A program made the translations under genes and the position numbers. Shown here in pieces: positions 63,721-64,000 of a stretch of DNA of 64,000 nt. Origin of the DNA: Mobula hypostoma (taxonomy: Eukaryota); contig NC_086098.1 in the NCBI RefSeq assembly GCF_963921235.1, forward strand, positions 3,410,001 to 3,474,000, written 5' to 3'. The notes beneath the pieces were generated by a model. It did not search any database. It saw only the letters and a list, made by a program, of their open reading frames with translations, and was not told the origin of the DNA. The number at the start of each line of letters is the position of its first letter. Positions within the stretch are counted from its first letter, which is position 1.

Positions 63721-64000
63721 GATTCACAGCACATTTTGATTCAGGCAACATTAAAAATAACTTGAAAGGGAATATAATATTTTCTTGTCTTTACTAGTCC
63801 TTTACAAATTATGCAGAGTTAGAACTGTGTGAAGGAGGTTATGAATTTCTCCTTCTGTCCCTTGACAGTGTTGGACAATCACAAACAGAGACGGATCTTT
63901 TCAGAGGCCAATCATTGCAATGGAGTAGATGGTCTGACTAATAATTTAAGATTAGCATTACTTATTAACTTTTGGTATCATATGCTAATGACTTTAGTGT

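Overview
This is eukaryotic vertebrate DNA, most likely from a cartilaginous fish (ray or shark), inferred from the HE1-like V-SINEs and the dominance of CR1. It looks like large-intron sequence made mostly of decayed, nested retroelements. These include at least three CR1 LINE subfamilies, with long copies at 50985-54355 (+), 55287-58890 (-) and 59416-62065 (-). There is also one RTE LINE, many Rex1/Babar-type 3' ends, tRNA-headed SINEs, Penelope-like termini with degenerate hammerhead-ribozyme cores, Tc1 and hAT DNA elements, and four short solo LTRs with 5-bp TSDs. Almost all ORFs in the track are broken retroelement ORF1/ORF2 pieces or their antisense shadows. The only host coding signal I can support is missing from the ORF track: a 93-nt, phase 0-0, minus-strand exon at 43706-43798 (IGNMDGYYILRDSRHFSSRTRMRKRLLRESQ) resembling the prodomain exon of a subtilisin/kexin proprotein convertase, although divergent. 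Other notable items are a mitochondrial ND5 NUMT, a ~380-bp degenerate palindrome, a CpG-rich minisatellite and two locally templated repair scars. No CRISPR array, rRNA or genuine tRNA gene was seen. Repeat boundaries are approximate unless a TSD is quoted, and family assignments come from recalled motifs, not database searches.
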